Part shown: positions 29,139-39,287 of the stretch, piece after piece
Numbering within the stretch: the stretch's first letter is position 1
Layout: every line of letters begins with the position of its first letter
IMG/VR virus record: IMGVR_UViG_3300042896_000657
Coordinates: 1 to 64,000 of that record
DNA from: a virus
Strand: one strand, 5' to 3'
DNA: 64,000 nucleotides
Translations under genes and position numbers: made by a program
The notes under the pieces: generated by a model
The model's input: the letters and a program-made list of their open reading frames with translations, nothing else
Database searches by the model: none
What the model was told of the DNA's origin: nothing

Positions 29139-30022
29139 TGGCTTTAGAATTAAAAAATATTAGTGGATTAGGTAATCTTACATTAGTTAATAATACTAAT
29201 AATGGTAATATTATTTTTACTAATAGTAGTATTCCAACACCTCCTCCAATTATTGATTCTGTTTATACATTAATAGATACTATTACACCTTATTTAAGAG
29301 CAAATAGTGGTAGTTTAAGAAACCCAAATTTCTTTACCTATTTTCTAGATGGCAATCCCTACTTTATATCAGATGGTGGTAATGATATGTTTGATGGGGG
29401 TAATTATACTGCACCTTGGCTACGCAACAATGCAAATTACGTATCAGGACAATCAATACCTATACCATCACCATCATTAAATTACAGCTCTCAATCATCT
29501 ACATTAACCGATACTAATTTATACTATGCTGCTTCAGGATATAGTCAATCAACCGGATCATTCCCAGGTGGAAACCAAAATGGAAGCTTCCATCCATTAA
29601 CATTAATTGGAGCTAGAAGTGGATCAGGACCTATTGGATTCCAAAAGGCAGGTAATATTGGAGCTGATGGATTTGGACTACTAGTTACAGGAAGTATATA
29701 TGCTGGGTCTGTAGTAAATGGATTTACAGCACATGCTTTTTATCGTCAATCATTTGGTCAATCATCTGATCCATCAATATGTGATGTTTATGTATTATTA
29801 GGTCATCCAAACTGGGGTTCTGTATTTAATACAGTAGTATCTAGTTCAGTTGCAGGTACTCAAATTCAAGGTGCTGCTTTATATGCTACAGGATCATCTA
29901 GTGAAATATTAGCAATGACTACTCTGTTAAGTAGACCTAGTCCAACAGCTATATCATTTAGTGATATTAAAATTGTAGTTGATAATTATATTGGATTAGT
30001 AAAAACAGTATTGAACTACTAA
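29138..30022 (+). CDS. Ser/Gly-rich putative virion/adhesion protein
   Basis: SDGGNDMFDGGN motif, SGS-rich; in a unit preceded by the late motif. Confidence 0.45.
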   Translation: MALELKNISGLGNLTLVNNTNNGNIIFTNSSIPTPPPIIDSVYTLIDTITPYLRANSGSLRNPNFFTYFLDGNPYFISDGGNDMFDGGNYTAPWLRNNANYVSGQSIPIPSPSLNYSSQSSTLTDTNLYYAASGYSQSTGSFPGGNQNGSFHPLTLIGARSGSGPIGFQKAGNIGADGFGLLVTGSIYAGSVVNGFTAHAFYRQSFGQSSDPSICDVYVLLGHPNWGSVFNTVVSSSVAGTQIQGAALYATGSSSEILAMTTLLSRPSPTAISFSDIKIVVDNYIGLVKTVLNY

Positions 30023-30054
30023 TTTTTATATATTAAAAATGTTTATTATTTAAT

Positions 30055-30078
30055 GGGGATCATCACGATCTCCTTTTT
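30055..30078 (+). terminator. Intrinsic terminator
   Basis: GGGGATC-ATCAC-GATCTCC-TTTTT. Confidence 0.7.
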
Positions 30079-30089
30079 ATATTTAGGTT

Positions 30090-32822
30090 ATGTATCAAGC
30101 AATTTATTACGACTATACCGACTATTCATACCATCTTCGTGATGATAAAAAAGGATGGTCTCACTTTAATTACCAACCAACATACTACAAGCTAGATGAA
30201 TATGGAACTGTACCAACATTAGATGGACAGATGGCTACTCCTACAAAAAAATTTGAAAGAGGAGATTTAACATTATATGAAAGAGATGTAGATAAACGCA
30301 CACGATTATTAATAGATAATTATTATGAAAGTGATGATGTTGCTGAATGGCAAAATATAGTTTATTTTGATATTGAGTGTGAAATTGGTGGAGCATTAAC
30401 ACCTGAATATATTAAAACAGCACCAATGAAGATGACTTCAATTGCTGCTTATGATAATACAAATAAAAAATATTATTGTTTAATACTTGATGAAAAAGAG
30501 GAATTATTAGGTATTAAACAACCTAATAGAGATGTTCTTCCATTTAAAACTGAAAAGGAAATGCTATCCGCCTTCCTTAATTTATGGGAAGAAATGGATC
30601 CAACAATTATATCAGGATGGAATAGTGGATATTTTGATATTCCCTATATGTACTACAGAATGTGTAAAGTTCTGTCTGTTGAAGATGCTACTCGTTTATC
30701 TCCTATTGGTAAGATTAATTTTAGTGAATATGATAAGGAACAACCTATTGAATTAGGTGGTATTAACCATTTAGATTATATGTTGTTGTTTAAAAAATAT
30801 GTTACTAAACAAGAACCATCATATAAATTAAATGATATTGGTGAAAAATATGTTAAATTAGGTAAAGTTGAATATGAAGGATCATTAGATAGATTATTTA
30901 AAGAAGATATAAATAAATTTATTGATTATAACATTCGAGATGTTGAAATTATTATTGAATTAGAGAAAAAACTTAAATTTATAGATCTAACAGTAACAAT
31001 TTGTCATTTGTGTCACGTACCATATGAGCAAATATATATGTCTACTGTGTTAAATGACGGCGCTATACTAACGTATTTAAAACGTAAAGGCATAGCATCA
31101 CCAAATAAGCCAACAACGATAAATCCGTTGTTAAAACCAAAATCATTTGATGTAGGGGATGAGGTTAAAAGTAAAAATGGTACTGGAAAAAAATGGACAG
31201 GTTATATCAAAGAAATTAAAAATAATGGTTTTGTTGATGTATTTGTATATGAAACAAATCAAGTATCTCAATTTAGTATATTCAATATATTAAAAAATGA
31301 AGAATATGCTGGGGGATACTTAAAAGATCCTGTACCTGGTTTATATGAATGGGTTATTGACTTAGATTTTACATCCCTATATCCTTCTATTATTCGTTCA
31401 CTTAATATTGGGATTGAAACTTTAGTAGGTCGTATTGTAAATAATAACAAATATGATAATCAATGGTCTCTTGATGAATTGATAGAGATGGAGGATGATG
31501 ATTTAATTGTTATTGAAAAACTAAATTCAGATTTTACAACTACAAAAACACAAGTTACAGTAAAGAAAATTAGAGATTATATTATTGAAAATAATATTAT
31601 AGTTGCTGCATCCGGAGCATTATTTCGAACTGATAAATCATCTGTAGTTTGTGAAGTACTAACAGATTGGTTTAATAAACGTGTTGAATATAAAAATTTA
31701 ATGAAGAAAGCTTATAAAGCTGGAGATATTGAAAAAGGTGAATTTTATAACCGTAGACAACATGCTTATAAAATTAAATTAAATGATGTTTATGGTGTAT
31801 TTGCAATTAACGGTTGGAGATATACTGATGGGCATAAAATGATATCATCCGCTATTACTTTAACTGGTCAACGTGTAACTCAAGAATCCATTAAATATGT
31901 TAATATATGGATGAATGAAAGTTTAAATACAATAGATAAAGACTATGTTGTAACTTCAGATACCGATTCTCTATTTATTCAAGTTAAAGATATATTATTA
32001 GCTAGAGGTATTGATTTAAAAAATAAAGAACAATGTATTAAAGCTACATTAGAAATAGCTACTGAAATACAAAAAGTATCAAATAAATTTATTGGGGAAT
32101 TTGCTTTGAAAGCATTTAATATTCCTAATGATAGAAATCATTTTTTTGAATTAAAACAAGAAGTAGTAATTGAGAGGGGATATTTTTCAGGAAAACGTCG
32201 TTATGCAATGTATATTGTAAATAAAGAAGGTGTTGATACTGAAGAATTAGTAATGATGGGACTAGATTTAATGAAATCTAATATGCCTGTAACTTACAAG
32301 AAATTTGGTGAATCAATTATTCAAGAAATTATGTTTGGTAAAACTAGAGATGATATTAATAAACGTATTGTTGAATTTAAAAAATATCTTAAAACCCAAT
32401 CTTGGGAAGTAGTAGCAAAACCAACAGGAGTAAAACAAATACGTAAATATATTAAACGTTCTCCTCGTAACGGAGAAATATTTAGTGAATTAGAATTAAA
32501 ATGCCCTATTAATACTAAAGCTGCTATATACACTAATGATCTACTTAGATTTAAAAAACTTGATAAACAATATTCATGTTTTGTAGAAGGAGATAAAATG
32601 AAATATGTTACATTAAAGAAAAACCCATACAATATTAGTGTAATTGGATTTAAAGGAAATAGTGAGGATCCTCCATTCATTACTTCATTAATTGAAGAAT
32701 TTGTAGATAAAGATGAAATATTTAATTCAGTATTATTAAATAAATTAGAAACAATTTATCAAGATTTAGGTTGGGAATTTATATCTTTAAATGAAAATGT
32801 AGCTAAATTCTTTTCATTTTGA
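30090..32822 (+). CDS. Family B DNA polymerase (gp43-like)
   Basis: Exo FDIE, GWN..FDIPY, YNIRDV; DLDFTSLYPSII, KIKLN..YG, SDTDS, KRRY. Confidence 0.96.
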   Translation: MYQAIYYDYTDYSYHLRDDKKGWSHFNYQPTYYKLDEYGTVPTLDGQMATPTKKFERGDLTLYERDVDKRTRLLIDNYYESDDVAEWQNIVYFDIECEIGGALTPEYIKTAPMKMTSIAAYDNTNKKYYCLILDEKEELLGIKQPNRDVLPFKTEKEMLSAFLNLWEEMDPTIISGWNSGYFDIPYMYYRMCKVLSVEDATRLSPIGKINFSEYDKEQPIELGGINHLDYMLLFKKYVTKQEPSYKLNDIGEKYVKLGKVEYEGSLDRLFKEDINKFIDYNIRDVEIIIELEKKLKFIDLTVTICHLCHVPYEQIYMSTVLNDGAILTYLKRKGIASPNKPTTINPLLKPKSFDVGDEVKSKNGTGKKWTGYIKEIKNNGFVDVFVYETNQVSQFSIFNILKNEEYAGGYLKDPVPGLYEWVIDLDFTSLYPSIIRSLNIGIETLVGRIVNNNKYDNQWSLDELIEMEDDDLIVIEKLNSDFTTTKTQVTVKKIRDYIIENNIIVAASGALFRTDKSSVVCEVLTDWFNKRVEYKNLMKKAYKAGDIEKGEFYNRRQHAYKIKLNDVYGVFAINGWRYTDGHKMISSAITLTGQRVTQESIKYVNIWMNESLNTIDKDYVVTSDTDSLFIQVKDILLARGIDLKNKEQCIKATLEIATEIQKVSNKFIGEFALKAFNIPNDRNHFFELKQEVVIERGYFSGKRRYAMYIVNKEGVDTEELVMMGLDLMKSNMPVTYKKFGESIIQEIMFGKTRDDINKRIVEFKKYLKTQSWEVVAKPTGVKQIRKYIKRSPRNGEIFSELELKCPINTKAAIYTNDLLRFKKLDKQYSCFVEGDKMKYVTLKKNPYNISVIGFKGNSEDPPFITSLIEEFVDKDEIFNSVLLNKLETIYQDLGWEFISLNENVAKFFSF

Positions 32823-32873
32823 AAATCACAATAAAATTAATATATTAAATACAAATTATTAAAATTAAAAGTT

Positions 32874-33284
32874 ATGAGATTAATTAGAAACGTAAAATTT
32901 AAAATCAGAAAATGGTGGAAAACTATAAATGATAGCCCAAACTCCATTAAAATTACTAAAGCACATAATACTTCATTTGCAATCTTTAGAGTTGCTCTTA
33001 AAAACCCCAAATCAGAATTAATTCTTATGCCTATTGCTAATAAAAGGATTATAAAATTGGAAAAACAAGGTCTTTATATTAAATTGGAGAGATTTAGTAT
33101 TTCTATTACTAACCACAAATATAATTATATGATTGAAATTCCATATACTTTATATGAAAAATTAGTTAAGATGTTTGATAGTAAAATAGATAACAATTAT
33201 TACCAAGAAGAAGCCCAAATGATAAATCAGCTTGAAGCTGGAATTGATAATGTATTAAAAACAATAATGAAAAATAATGGATAA
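32874..33284 (+). CDS. Hypothetical protein
   Basis: ORF after TTTG-N19-TATATTAA (32818-32848). Confidence 0.6.
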   Translation: MRLIRNVKFKIRKWWKTINDSPNSIKITKAHNTSFAIFRVALKNPKSELILMPIANKRIIKLEKQGLYIKLERFSISITNHKYNYMIEIPYTLYEKLVKMFDSKIDNNYYQEEAQMINQLEAGIDNVLKTIMKNNG

Positions 33285-33999
33285 ATTACACTTAGTATCA
33301 ACACTAGAAAAATATTACCTTAACGGTATAGTTGAAAAAATAAAGTTACAAGTTAAGGATAAAAATATAACAATTAAATTTGTTGCCCCTAATAAAGATT
33401 TAGTAGGATATGTTAATGCTTCTGAATTTGATTTAGAAGATATTGAGGTTGGGATATATGATACTTCCCAGTTATTAAAATTAATTAATATTACTAATCA
33501 TTTTCTAACATTAGATACTGTTAAACAACATAATATTCCTACTAAATTATTGATTGCTGATAATGAATATAATTTAGAATATGTTTTAGCAGATACTACA
33601 ATGATTCCAAATGCTCCTACAGTAACTGAACCTGAATACGCTATTGAATCTAATATTGATTTAGAATTTATCAATAAATTTATTAAAGCTAAAAAAGCAA
33701 TCGATAATGAAATAGTTTCAGTAGATGCAAATTATGATGAAAATAATACTAAAGTAGTACGATTTACATTGGGTGGAAATGAAGGATATAATAATAAAAT
33801 ACAATTCAATATTCCAGCAACGTATGAAGGAATCCATCCTCAACAATTACAATTTAATGTAAATTATATACGTGAAATATTAGATAATAATAAAGATCTA
33901 ACTTTGGGTAAATTACGTATTAGTGGTGAAGGATTAATGCGATTAGATTTTACATCAGAGAAAGGAACTTCATTTTATCTTTTAGTTGCTAAAGAGTAA
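33277..33999 (+). CDS. Sliding clamp (gp45/PCNA-like)
   Basis: 240 aa; GIYD..QL, Y.LAD, FN..Y...IL, L.IS..GL...F; near PolB and clamp loader. Confidence 0.75.
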   Translation: MDKLHLVSTLEKYYLNGIVEKIKLQVKDKNITIKFVAPNKDLVGYVNASEFDLEDIEVGIYDTSQLLKLINITNHFLTLDTVKQHNIPTKLLIADNEYNLEYVLADTTMIPNAPTVTEPEYAIESNIDLEFINKFIKAKKAIDNEIVSVDANYDENNTKVVRFTLGGNEGYNNKIQFNIPATYEGIHPQQLQFNVNYIREILDNNKDLTLGKLRISGEGLMRLDFTSEKGTSFYLLVAKE

Positions 34000-34034
34000 A
34001 AGCGATATATTTATATACGATAATAAAGAGATAC

Positions 34035-34781
34035 ATGATAGGTCTCCATTATTAACAATTATTTATTAACCGCTACCTTAGGGAGCACAAACGACAAAAA
34101 AATGAAAAACAAACAAACTACAGACGTGTTCGTAGTATTTGAAGATTTATCTGGTACAGTAACAACTGGGTACACAACTGGATTATCACTTACAAGCGGA
34201 ACATCCAATTCAGGTACGATCACTACAACAAATGGTACAACAGGTTATGTAACAGATACCTTTTTAGGACATACTACTACAGGTACTACAACTCTTTGGC
34301 AACAGCCTTATTATCCACCCCAAACCTATAATGAATATTGGAACTTTGATGAAGGTATGGATTTATTATGGAAGTCTTTCTTTGATAAAAATGCTCATTA
34401 CAGACCAATTTCAGAAAAAGCAGTTCAACATCCCGTTGATATTCAAGAAACCGATAACGGTTTAAAAATTGAAATTGCTGCTGTTGGACTAGAAAAATCA
34501 GATATAGATATTATTGTAGATTCAGAAACTCTTAGAGTTGCTTATCGTAAAGATAAGGAAGAAAAAGATAATGAAGATTACAGATATTTACATCGTTCAA
34601 TTAAAAAAGCAGGTTTTGATATTGCTTGGAAGGTATCTTCTAAGTATGAATTATCTAAATTAGAAGCTGGTTTAGATAAAGGTTTATTAACATTGAATAT
34701 TCCATTCGCTAAAGAAAATAAACCAAAGAAAATCGAAATAAAATAATTTCGATATAGTTTTGAAACCCGGAGACCTATCAT
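34035..34781. repeat. 13-bp perfect inverted repeat bracketing hsp20
   Basis: ATGATAGGTCTCC (34035-34047) / GGAGACCTATCAT (34769-34781). Confidence 0.85.
34102..34746 (+). CDS. Small heat-shock protein Hsp20 with Thr/Gly-rich N-terminal extension
   Basis: PVDIQET, IEIAAVG, A.LDKGLL.L.IP, KKIEIK. Confidence 0.9.
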   Translation: MKNKQTTDVFVVFEDLSGTVTTGYTTGLSLTSGTSNSGTITTTNGTTGYVTDTFLGHTTTGTTTLWQQPYYPPQTYNEYWNFDEGMDLLWKSFFDKNAHYRPISEKAVQHPVDIQETDNGLKIEIAAVGLEKSDIDIIVDSETLRVAYRKDKEEKDNEDYRYLHRSIKKAGFDIAWKVSSKYELSKLEAGLDKGLLTLNIPFAKENKPKKIEIK

Positions 34782-34815
34782 TATATTCAAGTAAACAAAT
34801 TTAAACATATAAAAT

Positions 34816-35109
34816 ATGAAAGTTATACCTTTGCACAGCAATGTGCTTATTAAACAACAAGACGAAACAGAAACAATGTATGGAAACATTATTGTACCAG
34901 ATGCTGGAAAAGAGAAAGTTATGATAGGAGAAATCATAGCAATAGGGCCAGGAGCATATAGTGTCACTGGTGAAGTATTTTTAGAAACTAAATTAAAAGT
35001 AGGTCAAGTAGTAACATTTCCTTCATTTGGTGGACAACGCATTACAATAGAAGGTGAAGATTATTTAATATACAAAGAACAAGACATATACGCAATTTTA
35101 GAAAAATAA
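34816..35109 (+). CDS. groES: Co-chaperonin GroES
   Basis: PLHSNVLI, GNIIVPD..KEK..GEIIAIGPG, LKVG, E.DIYAIL. Confidence 0.92.
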   Translation: MKVIPLHSNVLIKQQDETETMYGNIIVPDAGKEKVMIGEIIAIGPGAYSVTGEVFLETKLKVGQVVTFPSFGGQRITIEGEDYLIYKEQDIYAILEK

Positions 35110-35112
35110 GAA

Positions 35113-36738
35113 ATGAGTAAAATTATTAGTTTCGATAGAGAAGCAAAAGAAAAATTACAAGCTGGTATTGATAAAGTAAATAAAGCAGTATCAGTAACAA
35201 TGGGTCCTTATGGACGTAATGTATTAATTGAAAAAGAACATGGTCAAGTAACATCAACAAAAGATGGTGTAACGGTTGCTAAATCTATTACATTAGAAGA
35301 TTCTATTGAAAATATGGCAGCAACAGTAATTAAACAAGCAGCATCTAAAACAGTTGATGCAGCGGGAGATGGTACTACAACTTCAACAGTATTAGCTCAC
35401 GCTATTGCTTCTGGAGCATTAAGTACTACATCTTACCCATCAACAAATGCTACTCAGGTAAAACGTGGTATAGAGGATGCTGTAAAAGAAGTGGTTGCTG
35501 AATTAAAAAAGATGTCTATTGACATTACTGATGAAAAGCAAATTAAACAAATTGCTACATTATCAGCAAATGGAGATGAAGAAATTGGAAATCTAGTTAC
35601 CGAAGCATTAGATAGAGTTGGACGTGATGGTGTAGTTACAGTAGAGGAATCTCGTACTGGAGAAACTTCATTAGAAGTAGTTGAAGGTTTACAATTTGAT
35701 AGGGGATATAAATCTCCATATTTTGTAACTGACAATAGCACGATGCAAGCCGTATTAAATGACGCTTTAATATTGTTATTCAACGGTAGAATCAGTGCTG
35801 TTAAGGACTTATTGCCTCTATTAGAATCCGTTTCTCAACAAAATAAATCACTATTGATTGTTGCTGAGGAATTAGATGGAGAAGCATTAGCTACTCTAAT
35901 TGTAAATAAAATGCGTGGATCACTTAAAGTAGCTGCTGTAAAAGCACCTGACTTTGGAGAACGCAGATTGCATATTCTAGAGGATATGGCAACTTTAACT
36001 GGAGGTCAAGTTGTATCAACTGATAAAGGTATGAAGTTGGATAAATTCAATACAGATTGGTTTGGTAATGCACGTGTTGTAACTGTAGGTAAAGAAACTA
36101 CTACAATTGTTGATGGTAAAGGAGATGCAGATATAATTGAGACACGTATTCTAGATTTAAAACAACAATTAGATAATTCAAAATCACCATATGAAGTTGA
36201 AAAACTACAAGAACGTTTAGCTAAAATGGTAGGTGGAGTTGCAATTATTAATGTTGGTGGTGGTACTGAAATTGAAATGAAAGAGAAAAAAGACCGTTTA
36301 GACGATGCTTTGCAAGCTACAAAAGCTGCTCTTGAAGAAGGTATTCTACCAGGTGCTGGTGTTGCATTATTACATGCTAGAAAATCTATTAATTTAAAAG
36401 GTGAAAATGATAAAGTAAAAGGTGCACAAATTGTATTCCAAGCTTGTGCTACTCCATTTAAACAAATTTTAAATAATGCTGGAGAAGATCCTCAAGAATG
36501 GTGGGATAAAATTTACAATAATCATTTCTCTAGTATGGTACCAGAATTATCAACTGGAGAAGTAACAGATGCTTTCAAATCAGGTATTATTGATCCTACT
36601 AAAGTGGTACGTTGCGCTTTAGAAAATGCAGCAGCGGCCGCAGTAACACTATTAATGACTGAATGTGTAATATATGATAAACCTGAGGATAAAAAATCCA
36701 ATGGTGATGGAGTAGATATGTCACAATTTGGAATGTAA
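35113..36738 (+). CDS. groEL: Chaperonin GroEL
   Basis: TMGPYGRNV, TKDGVTVAK, AGDGTTT, FDRGY.SPYF, KAPDFG, GIIDPTKV. Confidence 0.97.
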   Translation: MSKIISFDREAKEKLQAGIDKVNKAVSVTMGPYGRNVLIEKEHGQVTSTKDGVTVAKSITLEDSIENMAATVIKQAASKTVDAAGDGTTTSTVLAHAIASGALSTTSYPSTNATQVKRGIEDAVKEVVAELKKMSIDITDEKQIKQIATLSANGDEEIGNLVTEALDRVGRDGVVTVEESRTGETSLEVVEGLQFDRGYKSPYFVTDNSTMQAVLNDALILLFNGRISAVKDLLPLLESVSQQNKSLLIVAEELDGEALATLIVNKMRGSLKVAAVKAPDFGERRLHILEDMATLTGGQVVSTDKGMKLDKFNTDWFGNARVVTVGKETTTIVDGKGDADIIETRILDLKQQLDNSKSPYEVEKLQERLAKMVGGVAIINVGGGTEIEMKEKKDRLDDALQATKAALEEGILPGAGVALLHARKSINLKGENDKVKGAQIVFQACATPFKQILNNAGEDPQEWWDKIYNNHFSSMVPELSTGEVTDAFKSGIIDPTKVVRCALENAAAAAVTLLMTECVIYDKPEDKKSNGDGVDMSQFGM

Positions 36739-36741
36739 AAT

Positions 36742-36767
36742 AATGAGGGACGAAAGTCCCTTATTTT
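36742..36767 (+). terminator. Intrinsic terminator after groEL
   Basis: AATGAGGGAC-GAAA-GTCCCTTATT-TT. Confidence 0.8.
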
Positions 36768-36779
36768 AATTTAAAATAT

Positions 36780-37028
36780 ATGCCTTTAACCCCCCAATCA
36801 ATTAGAAAAACAGTTTCTATTTACGTAAATGGAGAATTAGTAGAAAAACAAACAGTACTTGATTTAAGTAATGATTGGAGTGAATCTCAAATCAATTTCT
36901 TTAAAAAGATGATTAAACAAGGGGGTTCATTTAAAATTAATGGAAATTCATTTGAAATTAAACCTGCAGAACCTTTATTAACATCAAAGGGAGAAAAGGA
37001 CCAAGGCATTATTGTTTATCCAGAATAA
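36780..37028 (+). CDS. Hypothetical protein
   Basis: ORF only. Confidence 0.55.
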   Translation: MPLTPQSIRKTVSIYVNGELVEKQTVLDLSNDWSESQINFFKKMIKQGGSFKINGNSFEIKPAEPLLTSKGEKDQGIIVYPE

Positions 37029-37046
37029 ATTTATTATATTATAGTT

Positions 37047-37970
37047 ATGAAGAAACAACACACATTATGGATTGAACGTTACCGTAGTGAAAATCTAGAC
37101 CAATACATAGGCAATGAAGTAATTAAATCTCGTATTGAAGATTGTATAACTCAAAACGATATCCCTCACTTTATATTCAGCGGTACGGCAGGAACAGGAA
37201 AAACTACATTAGCTAAATTAATTGTAAATAACATTAAATGTGATTACATTTATTTAAATGCTAGTGATGAGAACGGTATTGATATGATTAGAGAGAAAGT
37301 AAAGGGATTTGCCTCTGCTGCATCATTTCAACCAATTAAAGTAGTAATACTAGATGAAGCGGATTTTCTAACACAACCTGCTCAAGCAGCATTACGTAAT
37401 ATAATTGAAGAATATTCAGCATCAACACGATTCGTATTGACTTGTAACTATATTGAACGCTTAATTGAACCATTAACATCTCGTTGCGAAATCCATATAT
37501 TAAAACCACCTTCAATGGGAGAGGTTGCAAAACATGTTTGTACTAATATTTTAGATGTAGAAAAAATAGAATATGATATTAAAGAAGTAGCAGCTTTAAT
37601 TAAAGATTCATATCCTGATATTCGTTCAATCATTAAAAATCTACAAGCAGGAACTAAAGATAATCAATTTAAATTTAATGTATCAAGTACTGATTGGTTA
37701 AATAAATTAGTTACTATGTTGGCAAGTAGAGATAAAAAAGCATGGTATGATATTCGTCAATTAGTAGCTGATGCTCAAGTTGATGATTTCCAAACAGCAT
37801 ATCGCTTTCTATTTGATAATTTAGATAAATATTCATATGGACATGATGCTGAAATATCAGTAGTATTAGATGATTTTATTTGGAGAGCAGGTGTAGTACC
37901 TGATAAAGAAATTAATTTTGCTGCTGCAATAAGTAAGATATTAGAATTAAATAAAAAACAAGTATTATAA
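37047..37970 (+). CDS. Clamp loader AAA+ subunit (gp44/RFC-like)
   Basis: WIERYR, GTAGTGKTT, LNASDENG, LDEAD, AQAALR, SRC. Confidence 0.95.
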   Translation: MKKQHTLWIERYRSENLDQYIGNEVIKSRIEDCITQNDIPHFIFSGTAGTGKTTLAKLIVNNIKCDYIYLNASDENGIDMIREKVKGFASAASFQPIKVVILDEADFLTQPAQAALRNIIEEYSASTRFVLTCNYIERLIEPLTSRCEIHILKPPSMGEVAKHVCTNILDVEKIEYDIKEVAALIKDSYPDIRSIIKNLQAGTKDNQFKFNVSSTDWLNKLVTMLASRDKKAWYDIRQLVADAQVDDFQTAYRFLFDNLDKYSYGHDAEISVVLDDFIWRAGVVPDKEINFAAAISKILELNKKQVL

Positions 37971-37971
37971 A

Positions 37972-38187
37972 ATGGAACAACAACTAAACATCAGTCTAGA
38001 TAAAACCACCGCAGCATCGTGTGATGAATGTCAAAACGAAGTATTCCAAGAAGGAGTATTATTACGTAAAGCATCAAGGTTCTTAACAGGTACTTCCCAA
38101 GATGCTGTTATCCCCATTCCAGTATTTATGTGTTCTAAATGCGGACATGTAAATGAAGAATTCTTACCTAAAAATTTACCTAAATAA
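37972..38187 (+). CDS. Small Zn-ribbon protein
   Basis: CDEC...CSKCGH. Confidence 0.7.
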   Translation: MEQQLNISLDKTTAASCDECQNEVFQEGVLLRKASRFLTGTSQDAVIPIPVFMCSKCGHVNEEFLPKNLPK

Positions 38188-38189
38188 TC

Positions 38190-38477
38190 ATGGTAACGAC
38201 AATTATAATTCTTTTAACATTATGTGTTGGACTTGTTTTTATATTTATGGCTTCTCTTGAAAATGTTTCTAGAGATATTAAAAAACTTGAAAAACAACAT
38301 AAAAATGAAATGGAAGTTGTCAATCATAGATTTAATCTTGTTTACGATCATGAAGGAGAATATAAAACAAAATTTTTTAAATTAGAAGAAAAAAATACAT
38401 TATTAGAAAAACGTATTTCTAAATTAGAAAAAGAAATATTACAATTAAAAAGTGGTGATAATTCCAAATTTTATTAA
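38190..38477 (+). CDS. Membrane-anchored coiled-coil protein
   Basis: N-terminal TM segment, heptad C-terminus. Confidence 0.6.
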   Translation: MVTTIIILLTLCVGLVFIFMASLENVSRDIKKLEKQHKNEMEVVNHRFNLVYDHEGEYKTKFFKLEEKNTLLEKRISKLEKEILQLKSGDNSKFY

Positions 38478-38489
38478 TATATTCATACT

Positions 38490-38864
38490 ATGAATATTTT
38501 CGATCACTTAAAAAATATCACAATAACTAAAGGTCCTTATTTAGGGGAGGAAGGTTGGAATAATTGGATGATTAACCGCTTCCTCTCAATGAATCAAGAC
38601 TATATCGAAGTTGTAAATATAGTACAGAAGAATACTTGGCAAATGAAAGGAGAATATCTATATAATCTATATAGAGATATAATACCAAAACAATATGTGT
38701 ATTTAAAATATATTAAATCAAATACAAAACAAGACTATAGTATAGAGGAAATAGAAGCGGTACAGCAATATTTTGAAGTATCTAAAAAAGAGGCTAAAGA
38801 ATATATTGATATGTTACCTAAAGAAGAATTAGAAATAATAACTCAACAAATAAATGGAAAATAA
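38490..38864 (+). CDS. Clamp loader small subunit (gp62-like)
   Basis: FDHL..I, MINRFLS, Y..YIK, YF.VSK.EA.EY. Confidence 0.75.
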   Translation: MNIFDHLKNITITKGPYLGEEGWNNWMINRFLSMNQDYIEVVNIVQKNTWQMKGEYLYNLYRDIIPKQYVYLKYIKSNTKQDYSIEEIEAVQQYFEVSKKEAKEYIDMLPKEELEIITQQINGK

Positions 38865-38870
38865 GTTTAT

Positions 38871-39287
38871 ATGGGATATATTAATAATTCTGGATATTAT
38901 AAACAATTTACATTAGAAATAGAAAAACAAATGGAAAATAAACAATCTCATGATTTTATTAAGGATTTCGAAAATGAATATCCTGAATTATCAAAACAAT
39001 TTAAATTAATACAAAAAGAACAATATGAACTATTTGCTAAAAAGATGTTATCATATGGTTTAGGTAATATTGCTATGGGATCTAACTTAGATACTAAAGA
39101 AGATGTTAATTTATCTTTAACAGGTATTTGGATTAGGTCAATGGATAAAATGCAACGTTTAAAACAATTAGTATTATTAAATAAAACTAATTCATTAGAT
39201 AATGAACCCGTAGAAGATGCTTATATAGACCTATCTAATTATTCAATTATTGCTCTGCTTGTTAAAGCAGGAATGTGGAAAAAATAA
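38871..39287 (+). CDS. Nucleotide-modification-associated protein (DUF1599/Nmad1-like)
   Basis: F.KK..SYG..N, IR..DK..RL, E..ED...DL.NY.II. Confidence 0.7.
   Translation: MGYINNSGYYKQFTLEIEKQMENKQSHDFIKDFENEYPELSKQFKLIQKEQYELFAKKMLSYGLGNIAMGSNLDTKEDVNLSLTGIWIRSMDKMQRLKQLVLLNKTNSLDNEPVEDAYIDLSNYSIIALLVKAGMWKK

Noticed and set aside
19164-32822. Inteins or introns in helicase, RNR or PolB
   Set aside because: Lengths are normal, reading frames continuous, and no C/S...HN intein termini seen.
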